From contig CBIHPK010000007.1 in the NCBI GenBank assembly GCA_966211675.1, positions 24,086 through 88,085 on the forward strand: a stretch of 64,000 nucleotides of DNA, in the 5' to 3' direction. The notes under the pieces were generated by a model. It had not been told where the DNA came from. It searched no databases and saw nothing but the letters and a program-made list of their open reading frames with translations. Position 1 is the first letter of the stretch, and every line of letters begins with the position of its first letter. This stretch comes from an uncultured Myxococcaceae bacterium (GTDB taxonomy: Bacteria > Myxococcota_A > Polyangia > Polyangiales > Ga0077539). Shown piece after piece: positions 49,336-60,134 of this stretch. The position numbers and the translations under genes were made by a program.

Positions 49336-51033
49336 ATGCGGGACAGAACCTATCTGGCGGTACTCGCGGTGGTGTCGTCTGGCTGTCACGGCGTGATCGG
49401 GGAAGCCCTGCCCGAGGGCACCGACCCCACGAAGGATCCTGGCGACGACCCGGTCGACGGCGGAGTCGAAGGGGCCGACGCGGGCGGGGTGATGAGCTCG
49501 CGCGACGTGCTGACGAGCCCCACCGACCGGGGCGCTCCAGCCACCGACCGGGGCGCTCCCGCGACCGACCGGGGCGCTCCAGCCGTCGACGTACCTCCGA
49601 CCGGCGGCGACCTCTGTGCCCCCTTCCGCGGCAGCGCGGCGCCGCTGAGCCTCACCACCACCGGGCCTCGCGAGCTGCGGGCCTTCCCCGGGGCCGAGGG
49701 CTTCGGCGCGGCCGCGACCGGCGGGCGCGGCGGCCGGGTGATCTACGTGACCAACCTCAACGCCTCGGGCCCCGGCTCGCTGCTCGATGCGGTGCAGCAG
49801 ACCGGCCGGCGGTACGTGCTCTTCAAGGTGAGCGGGGTGATCCAGGGGGAGATCCACGTGCGCGCGGGCGACCTGACCATCGCGGGGCAGACCTCCCCCG
49901 GCGGCGTGACCGTGCGCGGCTTCCACACCACCGAGCAGCCCTACTGCGAGCACAGCTGCGGGCCCAACATCCGCAACGTCGACAACCTCATCGTGCGCTT
50001 CCTCCGCTCGCGCCCCGCGGGCATGTCCGACGACGGCATGCGGCTGCGCTACGTGCGCAACGCCATCATCGACCACGTCTCCATCGGCAACGCCAACGAC
50101 GAGGCGATGGAGATCTCCTACTCCAACACCATCACCGTCCAGAACGTGCTGCTCGCGGAGACCGTGGGCGAGCACTACATCTACGGCGGGATGCTGCTCA
50201 ACTACTCCAACCCCGCGGCGGGCTACGCGCTCGACCGGCTCACGATCCATCACAACATCTGGAACCGCATCGGCGGCCGCATGCCGGAGTTCTCGCGCGA
50301 GAGCTCGGCGGCGGCCAACAGCACCATGCAGGCCGAGCTCGCCAACAACTTCTGGTGGGACCCGCGGACCTACGTCGACTTCAACAACACCATCACGTCG
50401 GGCGTCGAGAGCAGTCCTCCGATCCACTACGCGATGAACATCGTGGGCAACTACGCGTGGGCGCGGCCCGGCTACGGCTTCGGGCTCTTCTCGCTGCGCG
50501 ACCGGCAGAACCAGTCGCCCGCGTACTTCAACGACAACGCGATGAGCCTCTACTCCAACCGCCGCGACTGGCAGCTCAACTACTGCTGCAACGACCTGCC
50601 GAGCACGGCCCCGCCGAGCACGCCGCCGTCGTGGACTCGCTCGACGCGCTTCGACTACCCCGCGGTCACCTACACGCCGTCGAGCGGGCTGCGCGCTTAC
50701 ATGGGCGCCAACGCCGGCTGCTTCCCCCGCGACCCCATGGACATCCGGCTGATGAACGCCGTGCGCGACGGTGCGCCGCTGAGCGCGTCCATCGACCGCA
50801 ACCCCGCCAACGACGCGCTGCAGGTGGTCGCCAACCCGCCCGCCCCGCCGAGCGACCGCGACTCCGATGGGATGTCCGACGAGTTCGAGTGCCGCAACGG
50901 CCTCGACCCGATGCGGCAGGACCACAACGAGACGACGCTCTCCTCCCGGCTCGTCGGCGTCGAGGGCTACACCAACCTGGAGGTCTACCTCCACGAGCTG
51001 GCGCTGGTCCGCGTGCGCGACGCCCAGCGCTGA
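49336..51033 (+). CDS. Pectate-lyase-like right-handed beta-helix lipoprotein
   Basis: 565 aa. Lipobox VVSSGC. TDRGAPA x3 linker. FPGAEGFGAAATGGRGGRVIYVTNL, IIDHVSIGNANDE and HHNIWNRIGGRMPEF resemble PL1-type blocks. C-terminal DRDSDGMSDEFE is a thrombospondin-type-3-like Ca motif. Confidence 0.6.
   Translation: MRDRTYLAVLAVVSSGCHGVIGEALPEGTDPTKDPGDDPVDGGVEGADAGGVMSSRDVLTSPTDRGAPATDRGAPATDRGAPAVDVPPTGGDLCAPFRGSAAPLSLTTTGPRELRAFPGAEGFGAAATGGRGGRVIYVTNLNASGPGSLLDAVQQTGRRYVLFKVSGVIQGEIHVRAGDLTIAGQTSPGGVTVRGFHTTEQPYCEHSCGPNIRNVDNLIVRFLRSRPAGMSDDGMRLRYVRNAIIDHVSIGNANDEAMEISYSNTITVQNVLLAETVGEHYIYGGMLLNYSNPAAGYALDRLTIHHNIWNRIGGRMPEFSRESSAAANSTMQAELANNFWWDPRTYVDFNNTITSGVESSPPIHYAMNIVGNYAWARPGYGFGLFSLRDRQNQSPAYFNDNAMSLYSNRRDWQLNYCCNDLPSTAPPSTPPSWTRSTRFDYPAVTYTPSSGLRAYMGANAGCFPRDPMDIRLMNAVRDGAPLSASIDRNPANDALQVVANPPAPPSDRDSDGMSDEFECRNGLDPMRQDHNETTLSSRLVGVEGYTNLEVYLHELALVRVRDAQR
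49522..49584 (+). repeat. In-frame 21-bp tandem repeat x3 encoding TDRGAPA
   Basis: ACCGACCGGGGCGCTCC(A/C)GC(C/G) appears three times head to tail in the linker after the lipobox of the pectate-lyase-like gene. Confidence 0.85.
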
Positions 51034-51036
51034 GCG

Positions 51037-52215
51037 TCAGCCCGGCGTGACCGTCGGGCAGCCGAAGACGATGCGCACCTGGGCGCTGTCGTCGGCGAGC
51101 ACCCGCGTGCACGCCGGGCCGTGCAGCACCACCGAGCGCATGCCGGGCGAGTAGTCCCAGCCGTTGTTGTGGTCGACGTCGCGAGGGACGATCGTCGCGG
51201 CGCCGCCCACGGTGACGTTGACGTTGACCCGCGACGGGTCGACCCGCGAGGGGTCGGCGTCGACGGCGAACTCGCAGCTCACCGCGCGCCCGCGGATCTC
51301 GTCGAGCGCGCGAGTGAGGTCGGCCTCGAAGGTGCCGGTCTGGAGCCGGTAGTGGCAGCTCATGGAGCCCTGGCAGTCGGGCGTGCGTCCGGTGTTGCCC
51401 GTGAACGCGAGGTCGGAGAGGAAGGTGTCCGAGGCGTCCGGCGTCCCGGCCACGAAATAGCGGATCGGCGGCGTGCCGCGGGCGCCGCGAGCGACGGAGA
51501 CGCGCACCGCGTCGGACGCGACCCGCTCCTGGGCCGTGACACAGGCGAGGAAGCCGGGGATGTCCAGGGGGTTCGGGATGCAGGGCGGCGCGCCTGTGCA
51601 CTCCTCCGTCGGGGCGCCGTCGGTGATCAGGATGACGTTGCGCGAACCATCCATCGTGAAGCCATCGAAGTAGCTGCGCGAGCCTTCCATGGCGCAGTTC
51701 ATCGGGGTGCCGCCGTTCGGACTGGCGCCGGCGAGCACGGACTCCAGGCGCGTCCGGTTGACGCTCAGCGCCTCGATCGGCACGGTCGGCGTCGCGTAGG
51801 TCGCGGCGCTCCCCGACGCGCCCGACGGCGCCGGGAACATCGTCAACCCGACGCGGATGCTCCCGTCGAGGCGCCCGAGCAGCGTCCGCAAGCCGGACTG
51901 CGCCGCGACCCACTTCCCGCTCTGCTGCATCGAGCCGGAGCGGTCGAGCACGATGAGCAGGTTGACCGGCAGCCGGCGCGCGTCCGCCGTCGTGGTCGAG
52001 CACGACGCGTCCTCGCTGATCACCACCACCCCCCGGTCGGGCACCGGGATCGCGTCCCTCGCGGACGCCTCGAAGCTCGGCACCGCGTCCGCCGCCAGCG
52101 TCGTCGAGGCATCCAGCCGGCTGTTGGTGCCGTTGGTGAACGTAGGCGCCTCCGACGGCGAGCACGCGACCAGGGCCAGCGCTCCCACCGTCATCCATCG
52201 TGTGTGGCTCATCAC
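51037..52215 (-). CDS. von Willebrand factor A domain lipoprotein
   Basis: 392 aa. Lipobox ALALVAC. MIDAS LLIVLDRSGSM and VILITDGAPTEEC. Confidence 0.75.
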   Translation of the reverse strand: MMSHTRWMTVGALALVACSPSEAPTFTNGTNSRLDASTTLAADAVPSFEASARDAIPVPDRGVVVISEDASCSTTTADARRLPVNLLIVLDRSGSMQQSGKWVAAQSGLRTLLGRLDGSIRVGLTMFPAPSGASGSAATYATPTVPIEALSVNRTRLESVLAGASPNGGTPMNCAMEGSRSYFDGFTMDGSRNVILITDGAPTEECTGAPPCIPNPLDIPGFLACVTAQERVASDAVRVSVARGARGTPPIRYFVAGTPDASDTFLSDLAFTGNTGRTPDCQGSMSCHYRLQTGTFEADLTRALDEIRGRAVSCEFAVDADPSRVDPSRVNVNVTVGGAATIVPRDVDHNNGWDYSPGMRSVVLHGPACTRVLADDSAQVRIVFGCPTVTPG

Positions 52216-52248
52216 GGGCGCGACTGTATCAACCCCGGGAGCAACCTG

Positions 52249-52656
52249 TCAGGTCGTCGCACCCCCGCCGCCCTGACCGCCGCCATCCCCCTTGCGGAGC
52301 ATTCGCCTCGCCACCAGCGCCAGCACGAGCACGGCCGCCCCGCCCAGGAGCAGCACCGGCCCGAAGAGTTCTTCCTGCGCGCTGGGCGGCGGGGCCTCCT
52401 CGGCGGTGGCGTCCTCGACCCGGCTGCGCCCGCGGGTGCTCGCCCTCGATCCGCCTCGCGCCCCCGACGGACCGTCGACGCCCTGCTCGAGGCCGCTCAC
52501 CTCCTGCCGCGCCTCGATCGCCCGCGAGGCCGTCTGCGAGCCCATGCTCCGCCACGCCGCGATGGCCACGAGCCCGACCACCAGCAGCACGATCACGTAC
52601 TCGACCGTCGAGAGCCCGCGCTCATCCGAACGCAGCGATCGCCTCATCCCTCGCAT
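52249..52656 (-). CDS. Flp/TadE-like prepilin-motif protein with an extra C-terminal TM and Gly-rich tail
   Basis: ORF 52249..52674. Candidate starts at 52674, 52656 and 52647. Class-III-like signal RSDERG/LSTVEYVIVLLVVGLVAIAAW (G-x4-EY). Second TM LFGPVLLLGGAAVLVLALVA. Tail GDGGGQGGGGATT. Confidence 0.5.
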   Translation of the reverse strand: MRGMRRSLRSDERGLSTVEYVIVLLVVGLVAIAAWRSMGSQTASRAIEARQEVSGLEQGVDGPSGARGGSRASTRGRSRVEDATAEEAPPPSAQEELFGPVLLLGGAAVLVLALVARRMLRKGDGGGQGGGGATT

Positions 52657-52678
52657 CGACGCCGACGCTACCACGCGC

Positions 52679-52882
52679 TCAGTCCCCGCCGCGGTCGACG
52701 AACGGCCCCGCGTCGCGAAAGGGGCTCACCATCACCTCGCAGCGGTTGGCCGCGGTGCAGACCTCGCCCAGCCGGCACGACGGGAAGCAGACCTCCCGCC
52801 GCCCCGCGTCCACCCCGGAGTCGTAGTCCTCCACCGGGGGAGCCGAGCAGCCGAGGCCGCCGAGAGCGGCCGCCACCATCAT
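52679..52882 (-). CDS. Small Cys-containing lipoprotein (67 aa)
   Basis: Internal ATG M49 of ORF 52679..53026. MMVAAALGGLGC lipobox. Four further Cys residues. GC3-rich codons. The stop lies 4 nt before the longest Flp-like ORF start. Confidence 0.4.
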   Translation of the reverse strand: MMVAAALGGLGCSAPPVEDYDSGVDAGRREVCFPSCRLGEVCTAANRCEVMVSPFRDAGPFVDRGGD

Positions 52883-52982
52883 CCAGCGCAGTGAATACGT
52901 CACCAGGTAAGCTCCGGCCGCCAGCCTAGCGCGGGAGCGCCCCGTTGACGAACCCACGCCGCAGCGTGCATCCAACGTCGCC

Positions 52983-53747
52983 GTGCCGTCACCCCGCGCC
53001 TCGCTCCTTGCCGTCGCGCTGCTCACCGCAGCGTCCTGCCGCCGACCGGGCGGCCCCGCCCTCGCCCCGCGCTACCTCCTCGGCCTCTCGCCGGGGCCGT
53101 CGTTCACGGTGCTCGGCGCGACCCTCTACGCCGACCGCGACCTGCAGTACCGGGACGCCAGCTGCCTCGGCGTGTCGCTCGCCGGCGGCCGCGAGCCGCC
53201 CATGCTCGACGGCGGGAGGGTCGAGCTTTGGGTGGTGGGCGGCGATCCCATCGGCCGCGTCGACCGCTCGCCGGACGGCCGCTACCACGCCGCGGTGCGC
53301 ACGGCGCTCGAGCCCGGCACCCGCGTCGCGGGCAACCTCGTGGGCAGCAACGCCGTCCCGGCGCACCGCTTCCAGAGCCCGGCGCATGTGCCCCTGACGA
53401 TCCAGCGGATCAAGCCCGACGCGGGCTTCGCGCTGCGGGCGGGCGAAGGGCTGCCGGTGACCTGGCGCGGCGGCGACAGCTCGCACGTCGCGCTGGTGGT
53501 CACGGTCTCGCGCGGCCCCGCGGACACCGCTCAGACCGGCTGGCTGCTGACCTGCGTGGTGCCCCGGGGCCGGGGGCGCTTCGCGATCCCGGCGAGCGCG
53601 TTTCCGAGGGCGCACATCCCCGCGGACGCGGACACGGTGACGGTCACCGTGGCGGCGGACGATCGGGTGGTGGAGGAGGAGTACGCGCTCGACGTGACGC
53701 CCGTCGGGTCGGCCGACGATCAGGCCGTGGGCACCTACGCGCGCTGA
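52983..53747 (+). CDS. Hypothetical lipoprotein (254 aa)
   Basis: GTG start. Signal plus lipobox SLLAVALLTAASC. GC3-rich codons. No family recognised. Confidence 0.55.
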   Translation: MPSPRASLLAVALLTAASCRRPGGPALAPRYLLGLSPGPSFTVLGATLYADRDLQYRDASCLGVSLAGGREPPMLDGGRVELWVVGGDPIGRVDRSPDGRYHAAVRTALEPGTRVAGNLVGSNAVPAHRFQSPAHVPLTIQRIKPDAGFALRAGEGLPVTWRGGDSSHVALVVTVSRGPADTAQTGWLLTCVVPRGRGRFAIPASAFPRAHIPADADTVTVTVAADDRVVEEEYALDVTPVGSADDQAVGTYAR

Positions 53748-53757
53748 GGAAACCGCC

Positions 53758-54846
53758 TCAGCGGACCGCGACGGAGCCGGAGACCTCGACGGAGACCTGC
53801 ATCGAGACGTTGATGCTGCCCACCGCGCTCGCCAGCCCGGAGGCCGCGATGCCCGCGCAGGCGGTCACCTGAGCGCCCACCGCGCCGATGGCGCCGGGGA
53901 GGTCCTGTGCGGAGCGCACCACGGCGGCGCCGGAGCTGGCCGCGCGCTCGATGCGCGTGTGCAGCAGCAGCATCTGCGAGAAGCCGCCGCGGAGGGCGGC
54001 CTGCACCCGGCCGAGCTTCTCCTGGAGGTTGGTCCCGACGGTGCCGGTGATGTTGAGCTCGGCGCGGCCCGGGGCGCAGCTGGCCTGGGCGCTCACGCGC
54101 GCGTCGCAGGCGGCGCGGCAGTCGGCGTTGACCCGCGGCGGGGTCACCCGGCCGGTGCACCGCGGCTCGCTGAACGCGACGGAGCAGCCCCCGCGGCACT
54201 CGCCGCCGCAGCTGCCCGTGGCGCGCGTCACGCAGCGGCCCTGGCAGGCGCCGCCGCAGGCCCCGCCGGAGGTCGAGGTGCCCGCGCAGGTGCCCTCGCA
54301 GACGCCCTCGCACGCGCCGCTCACGTCCACCGCGCAGTGGCCCGTGCACTGGGCCGAGCAGCCGCCGCGGAGCTCGCCGCCCTCGCAGGTGACCTGCGCG
54401 GAGCCCGGGGTGTACGACGCGTCGCACTCGCCCGCGCAGCGCCCGTAGGCGTCGACGCTGACCTCGCAGCGCGGCAGCACGGTCACCACCTCGACCCGGA
54501 CGCCCGCCGCGCCGCGGATGTCCGCGAGGTCGGCGCGGAGCTGGTTGGACACGCGGGTGCACGCCGCGCGGAGGGCCTCGGGGCTGTCGCCCGCGCCGAG
54601 CTCGCTGTCGGGGATCGCCAGCTCGTGGCCGATCTGCCGACACGCGTTGAGCAGGCCCGACTGGAGCTCGACCGAGGCGGTCGCGAAGGAGTTGGCCGCG
54701 GCGATGAAGGCCTCCACCTTCTGCGCGCCGGCGGTGCCGCCGAGGTCGCCGCTGCACGTCGCGCCCATCGCGCCACCGACGCCCCTGAAGGTTCCACAGC
54801 TCGTGAGCAGCACCATCAACCCGAGGCCCATCTTCTGATTACGCAT
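53758..54846 (-). CDS. Cysteine-array lipoprotein (C-x3-C-x3-C repeats flanked by helical domains)
   Basis: 362 aa. Lipobox MVLLTSC. 25 Cys in total, about 20 of them within roughly 130 residues. Triads: CSAQCTGHC, CEGVCEGTC, CGGACQGRC, CGGECRGGC. GAGGAG upstream of the ATG. Confidence 0.65.
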   Translation of the reverse strand: MRNQKMGLGLMVLLTSCGTFRGVGGAMGATCSGDLGGTAGAQKVEAFIAAANSFATASVELQSGLLNACRQIGHELAIPDSELGAGDSPEALRAACTRVSNQLRADLADIRGAAGVRVEVVTVLPRCEVSVDAYGRCAGECDASYTPGSAQVTCEGGELRGGCSAQCTGHCAVDVSGACEGVCEGTCAGTSTSGGACGGACQGRCVTRATGSCGGECRGGCSVAFSEPRCTGRVTPPRVNADCRAACDARVSAQASCAPGRAELNITGTVGTNLQEKLGRVQAALRGGFSQMLLLHTRIERAASSGAAVVRSAQDLPGAIGAVGAQVTACAGIAASGLASAVGSINVSMQVSVEVSGSVAVR

Positions 54847-55053
54847 CGTCGGCCATTCTCCTCGCGCGGCGCCTCACAGGGTCGGGCGGCGCTTCGAGCG
54901 TCATCGAACACCAGCGCCACCTCGCGACGCAAGCTGATCCGAGGGGTCGGCGCCCCAACTTCCGGACCGCCGCCGAGAGGCGCGGATGCTAGGGTCAACG
55001 CGACGACGACAGCGGAGCGGATCCGCCGCGGCGTCCACGAGGAGCATGACCTG

Positions 55054-55536
55054 ATGAGCGACGAGAAGAAGGCGATCGAGCGGAGGACCTTCCTGTGTGT
55101 GGTCGGCGCGGCCGGTGTCGCGGCGACGGCGACGGCTGGCTGCGGAGACTCCGGTCCGTCGACCGCGCCCTTCAGCGCGGGGCGGGTCGCCGACCACCCG
55201 ATGGGCGTCTGGAAGCTCTACTCCGCGCAGGCCGTGATCGTCGGGCGCGACGCGGGAGGCTTCTACGCGATGAGCGCGACCTGCACGCACGAGAGCAACT
55301 TGATCGAGTTTCGCGAGCCCAGCGCGTGCACGGCCCCCACGGGCTGCACGTCCATCAGCATGACCGGCCTCACCCGCTGCCCGGTGCACTTCTCCCGCTT
55401 CGACGCCAACGGCGGCGTGATCGCGAGCCCCGCCACCGCGCCCCTGCCCCATTTCCAGGTCACCGTGGCGAGCGGCGAGATCACCGTGAGCCCGGCCATC
55501 ACCGTCGCCGCCAGCGTCCGCTCGATGAGCGCCTGA
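55054..55536 (+). CDS. Rieske [2Fe-2S] domain protein with a Tat signal and lipobox
   Basis: 160-aa tail of artefact ORF 53959..55536. MSDEKKAIERRTFLCVVGAAGVAATATAGC. Rieske boxes CTH and CPVH. Confidence 0.75.
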   Translation: MSDEKKAIERRTFLCVVGAAGVAATATAGCGDSGPSTAPFSAGRVADHPMGVWKLYSAQAVIVGRDAGGFYAMSATCTHESNLIEFREPSACTAPTGCTSISMTGLTRCPVHFSRFDANGGVIASPATAPLPHFQVTVASGEITVSPAITVAASVRSMSA

Positions 55537-55551
55537 CCGCCAGAGACCCTC

Positions 55552-56733
55552 TCAGGGACAGCGCGGCAGCGTCGCCGTGCGCCCGTCCCACAGCGCCCCG
55601 CTCCGCACGAACACGTCCCGCCCCGCTCCCGTGATGTACGGCTGCAGCGACTCGTCGCCCCTCGCGTAGCGCTCCAGGAAGGCCACCGAGAGGAAGCGCA
55701 GCGCCCGCGCCCGCGAGTCGAGCGGCGTCGCGCCCCGGGCGCACACGCTGCACTGGAACCCGCAGGCCGTGTCGACGAAGTCGTTGTGGCCGAAGTTGAT
55801 GAGTGGATAGAGCCCGATGCGAGCGCCGTCCGGCGCGGCGGCCGCGAAGCGGAGGTAGTTGCTCGCCTCCGGGGCGCAGGCCTGGCCGAGCTGGAGGCAC
55901 CGCGACTGGGTCGCCCCGAAGAGCGCGAGCGGACGGGTGAGCCGGCCCATGCGCTCGGGCGCGATCGACGGCGTCGCGTCGCTCACGATGCCGATCGGAG
56001 AGGGGTTGTCGTCGACCGGATCGAGCGCCACCGCGGCGATGAACGCGGGCTCATCGAGCACCGCCATGATGGCGCCCTTCGCCCCGAGCGAGTGCCCCAT
56101 CACGACCGTGCGGTTGGCGTCGATGACGCTGCTCGCCGGAAAGCCGGGAACGCCCAGAGCGAGCGCGGTGCGGGCCGCGATCATGGCGCGGGGGATGTTG
56201 CGGTGGTCGACCGAGAGCAGCGTGCCGGGGTAGTCGATGGAGACCACCACGTAGCCCCACGACGCGATGTGCGAGAGCAGGCCGTCGTAGTTGCCCACCG
56301 CGAGCTGGAAGCCGTGGGCGAAGATCACCAGCGGGAGGCGGGCGTCGCTCGACGTGGGGTAGAGCGCCCTCGCCTGCGCTCCGGTGCCGGGGATGTCGCC
56401 CATCCAGGTTCCGACCACGTAGGGACCGCGCAGCGAGAGGTCTCGACCGCCGGCGTCGAAGGCGGGCTCTGGCGCGTCGACCGCGGGCCCACCCGCGTCG
56501 ACGGAGACCTCCACGTCGTCCGTCGGCGACTCGCCCGCGTCGACGGTCGGCTCCTCGACCGGACCGGTGTCCTCCTCCACCGTGACGCCCCGATCGTCCG
56601 CGACGGCGGGCAGGTCGACGGACGCGCCCGAGTCCCCGCCGCCCCCGTCCGCCGCGGGACGGTAGGAGATCACGTTGCCGCAGCCCGAGAGCGCCGCGAT
56701 GAGGCCGACGGACACGATCCCGATGGTTCGCAT
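55552..56733 (-). CDS. Alpha/beta hydrolase lipoprotein (chlorophyllase / PAF-acetylhydrolase-like)
   Basis: 393 aa. Lipobox IAALSGC. LPLVIFAHGF. Nucleophile elbow VVMGHSLGAKG. Confidence 0.75.
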   Translation of the reverse strand: MRTIGIVSVGLIAALSGCGNVISYRPAADGGGGDSGASVDLPAVADDRGVTVEEDTGPVEEPTVDAGESPTDDVEVSVDAGGPAVDAPEPAFDAGGRDLSLRGPYVVGTWMGDIPGTGAQARALYPTSSDARLPLVIFAHGFQLAVGNYDGLLSHIASWGYVVVSIDYPGTLLSVDHRNIPRAMIAARTALALGVPGFPASSVIDANRTVVMGHSLGAKGAIMAVLDEPAFIAAVALDPVDDNPSPIGIVSDATPSIAPERMGRLTRPLALFGATQSRCLQLGQACAPEASNYLRFAAAAPDGARIGLYPLINFGHNDFVDTACGFQCSVCARGATPLDSRARALRFLSVAFLERYARGDESLQPYITGAGRDVFVRSGALWDGRTATLPRCP

Positions 56734-56766
56734 GGGAGCTTTGAGTACCGCGAAACGGCCCCCGGC

Positions 56767-57393
56767 TCACGAGCCGCGAAGATTCGCGAGGTGGCTCGTG
56801 TCGTTGAGCGCCGCCACCCGCAGCACGCCGAACTCCCGCCACTCCAGGCGATGGACCCCGCAGTTCTCCGACGCGAGGATGAGCCCCTCGCCGCTCGCCC
56901 CGAGCAGGTGCCGCAGCGCGTGGTGGATCGCGACCCCGTGGCTCACCACCACCACGGTTCCGGTCGCGTGGCGAGCGAGGATGTCGTCGATGGCGGCGCT
57001 CATCCTCGCGGCGCACTGCTGGTGCGACTCGCCCCCCGGAGGCGTGAAGACCGGGTCCCTCGACAGCAGCGCCCGCCAGGCCTCGGGCTGCTCGGCCTCC
57101 AGCACGTCGAAGCGCACGCCCACGAAGCTCCCCATATCGCGCTCGCGCAGCCGGTGATCGGACACCACCGGGAGCCCCGCGCGGGTCGCGAGCGGAGTCG
57201 CGGTCGCGACCGCCCTCGGCAGGTCGCTCGCGTACACCACCGTCGGCGCGGGCGCCGCCAGCGCATCGGCCAGGGCCTCCGCCTGCTGCACGCCCCTCGG
57301 GGTCAGCGGCGACGCGCTGTGCCCGGTGAACATCCGCGCGGCGTTGCCCTCCGACTCCCCGTGGCGCACCAGCAGCAGCGTTCGCGTCAACAC
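56767..57393 (-). CDS. Histidine phosphatase family protein (phosphoglycerate mutase-like)
   Basis: 208 aa. LLLVRHGESEGNAARMFTGH catalytic RHG motif. VVVSHGVAI. Confidence 0.85.
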   Translation of the reverse strand: MLTRTLLLVRHGESEGNAARMFTGHSASPLTPRGVQQAEALADALAAPAPTVVYASDLPRAVATATPLATRAGLPVVSDHRLRERDMGSFVGVRFDVLEAEQPEAWRALLSRDPVFTPPGGESHQQCAARMSAAIDDILARHATGTVVVVSHGVAIHHALRHLLGASGEGLILASENCGVHRLEWREFGVLRVAALNDTSHLANLRGS

Positions 57394-57419
57394 CCTCTAC
57401 GTCCTCCTCTCCACGACCG

Positions 57420-60023
<2,604 letters not shown>

Positions 60024-60134
60024 CGCGGCGACCTATACCTCCCAGGCGGGAACACGTCCCGGGCGGAACGTCTCTCGTGCCGAAATCGTGACGGCGCGAC
60101 GGGGCTGAGTAGGTTGCGCCCCAGGAGGTCGCAT

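Noticed and set aside
60103-60117. A GGCTGAGTAGGTTGC sigma-54-like element upstream of the small 60135 ORF.
   Set aside because: The GG-to-GC spacing is one nucleotide longer than the strict -24/-12 spacing, and TGGCAC is poorly matched.
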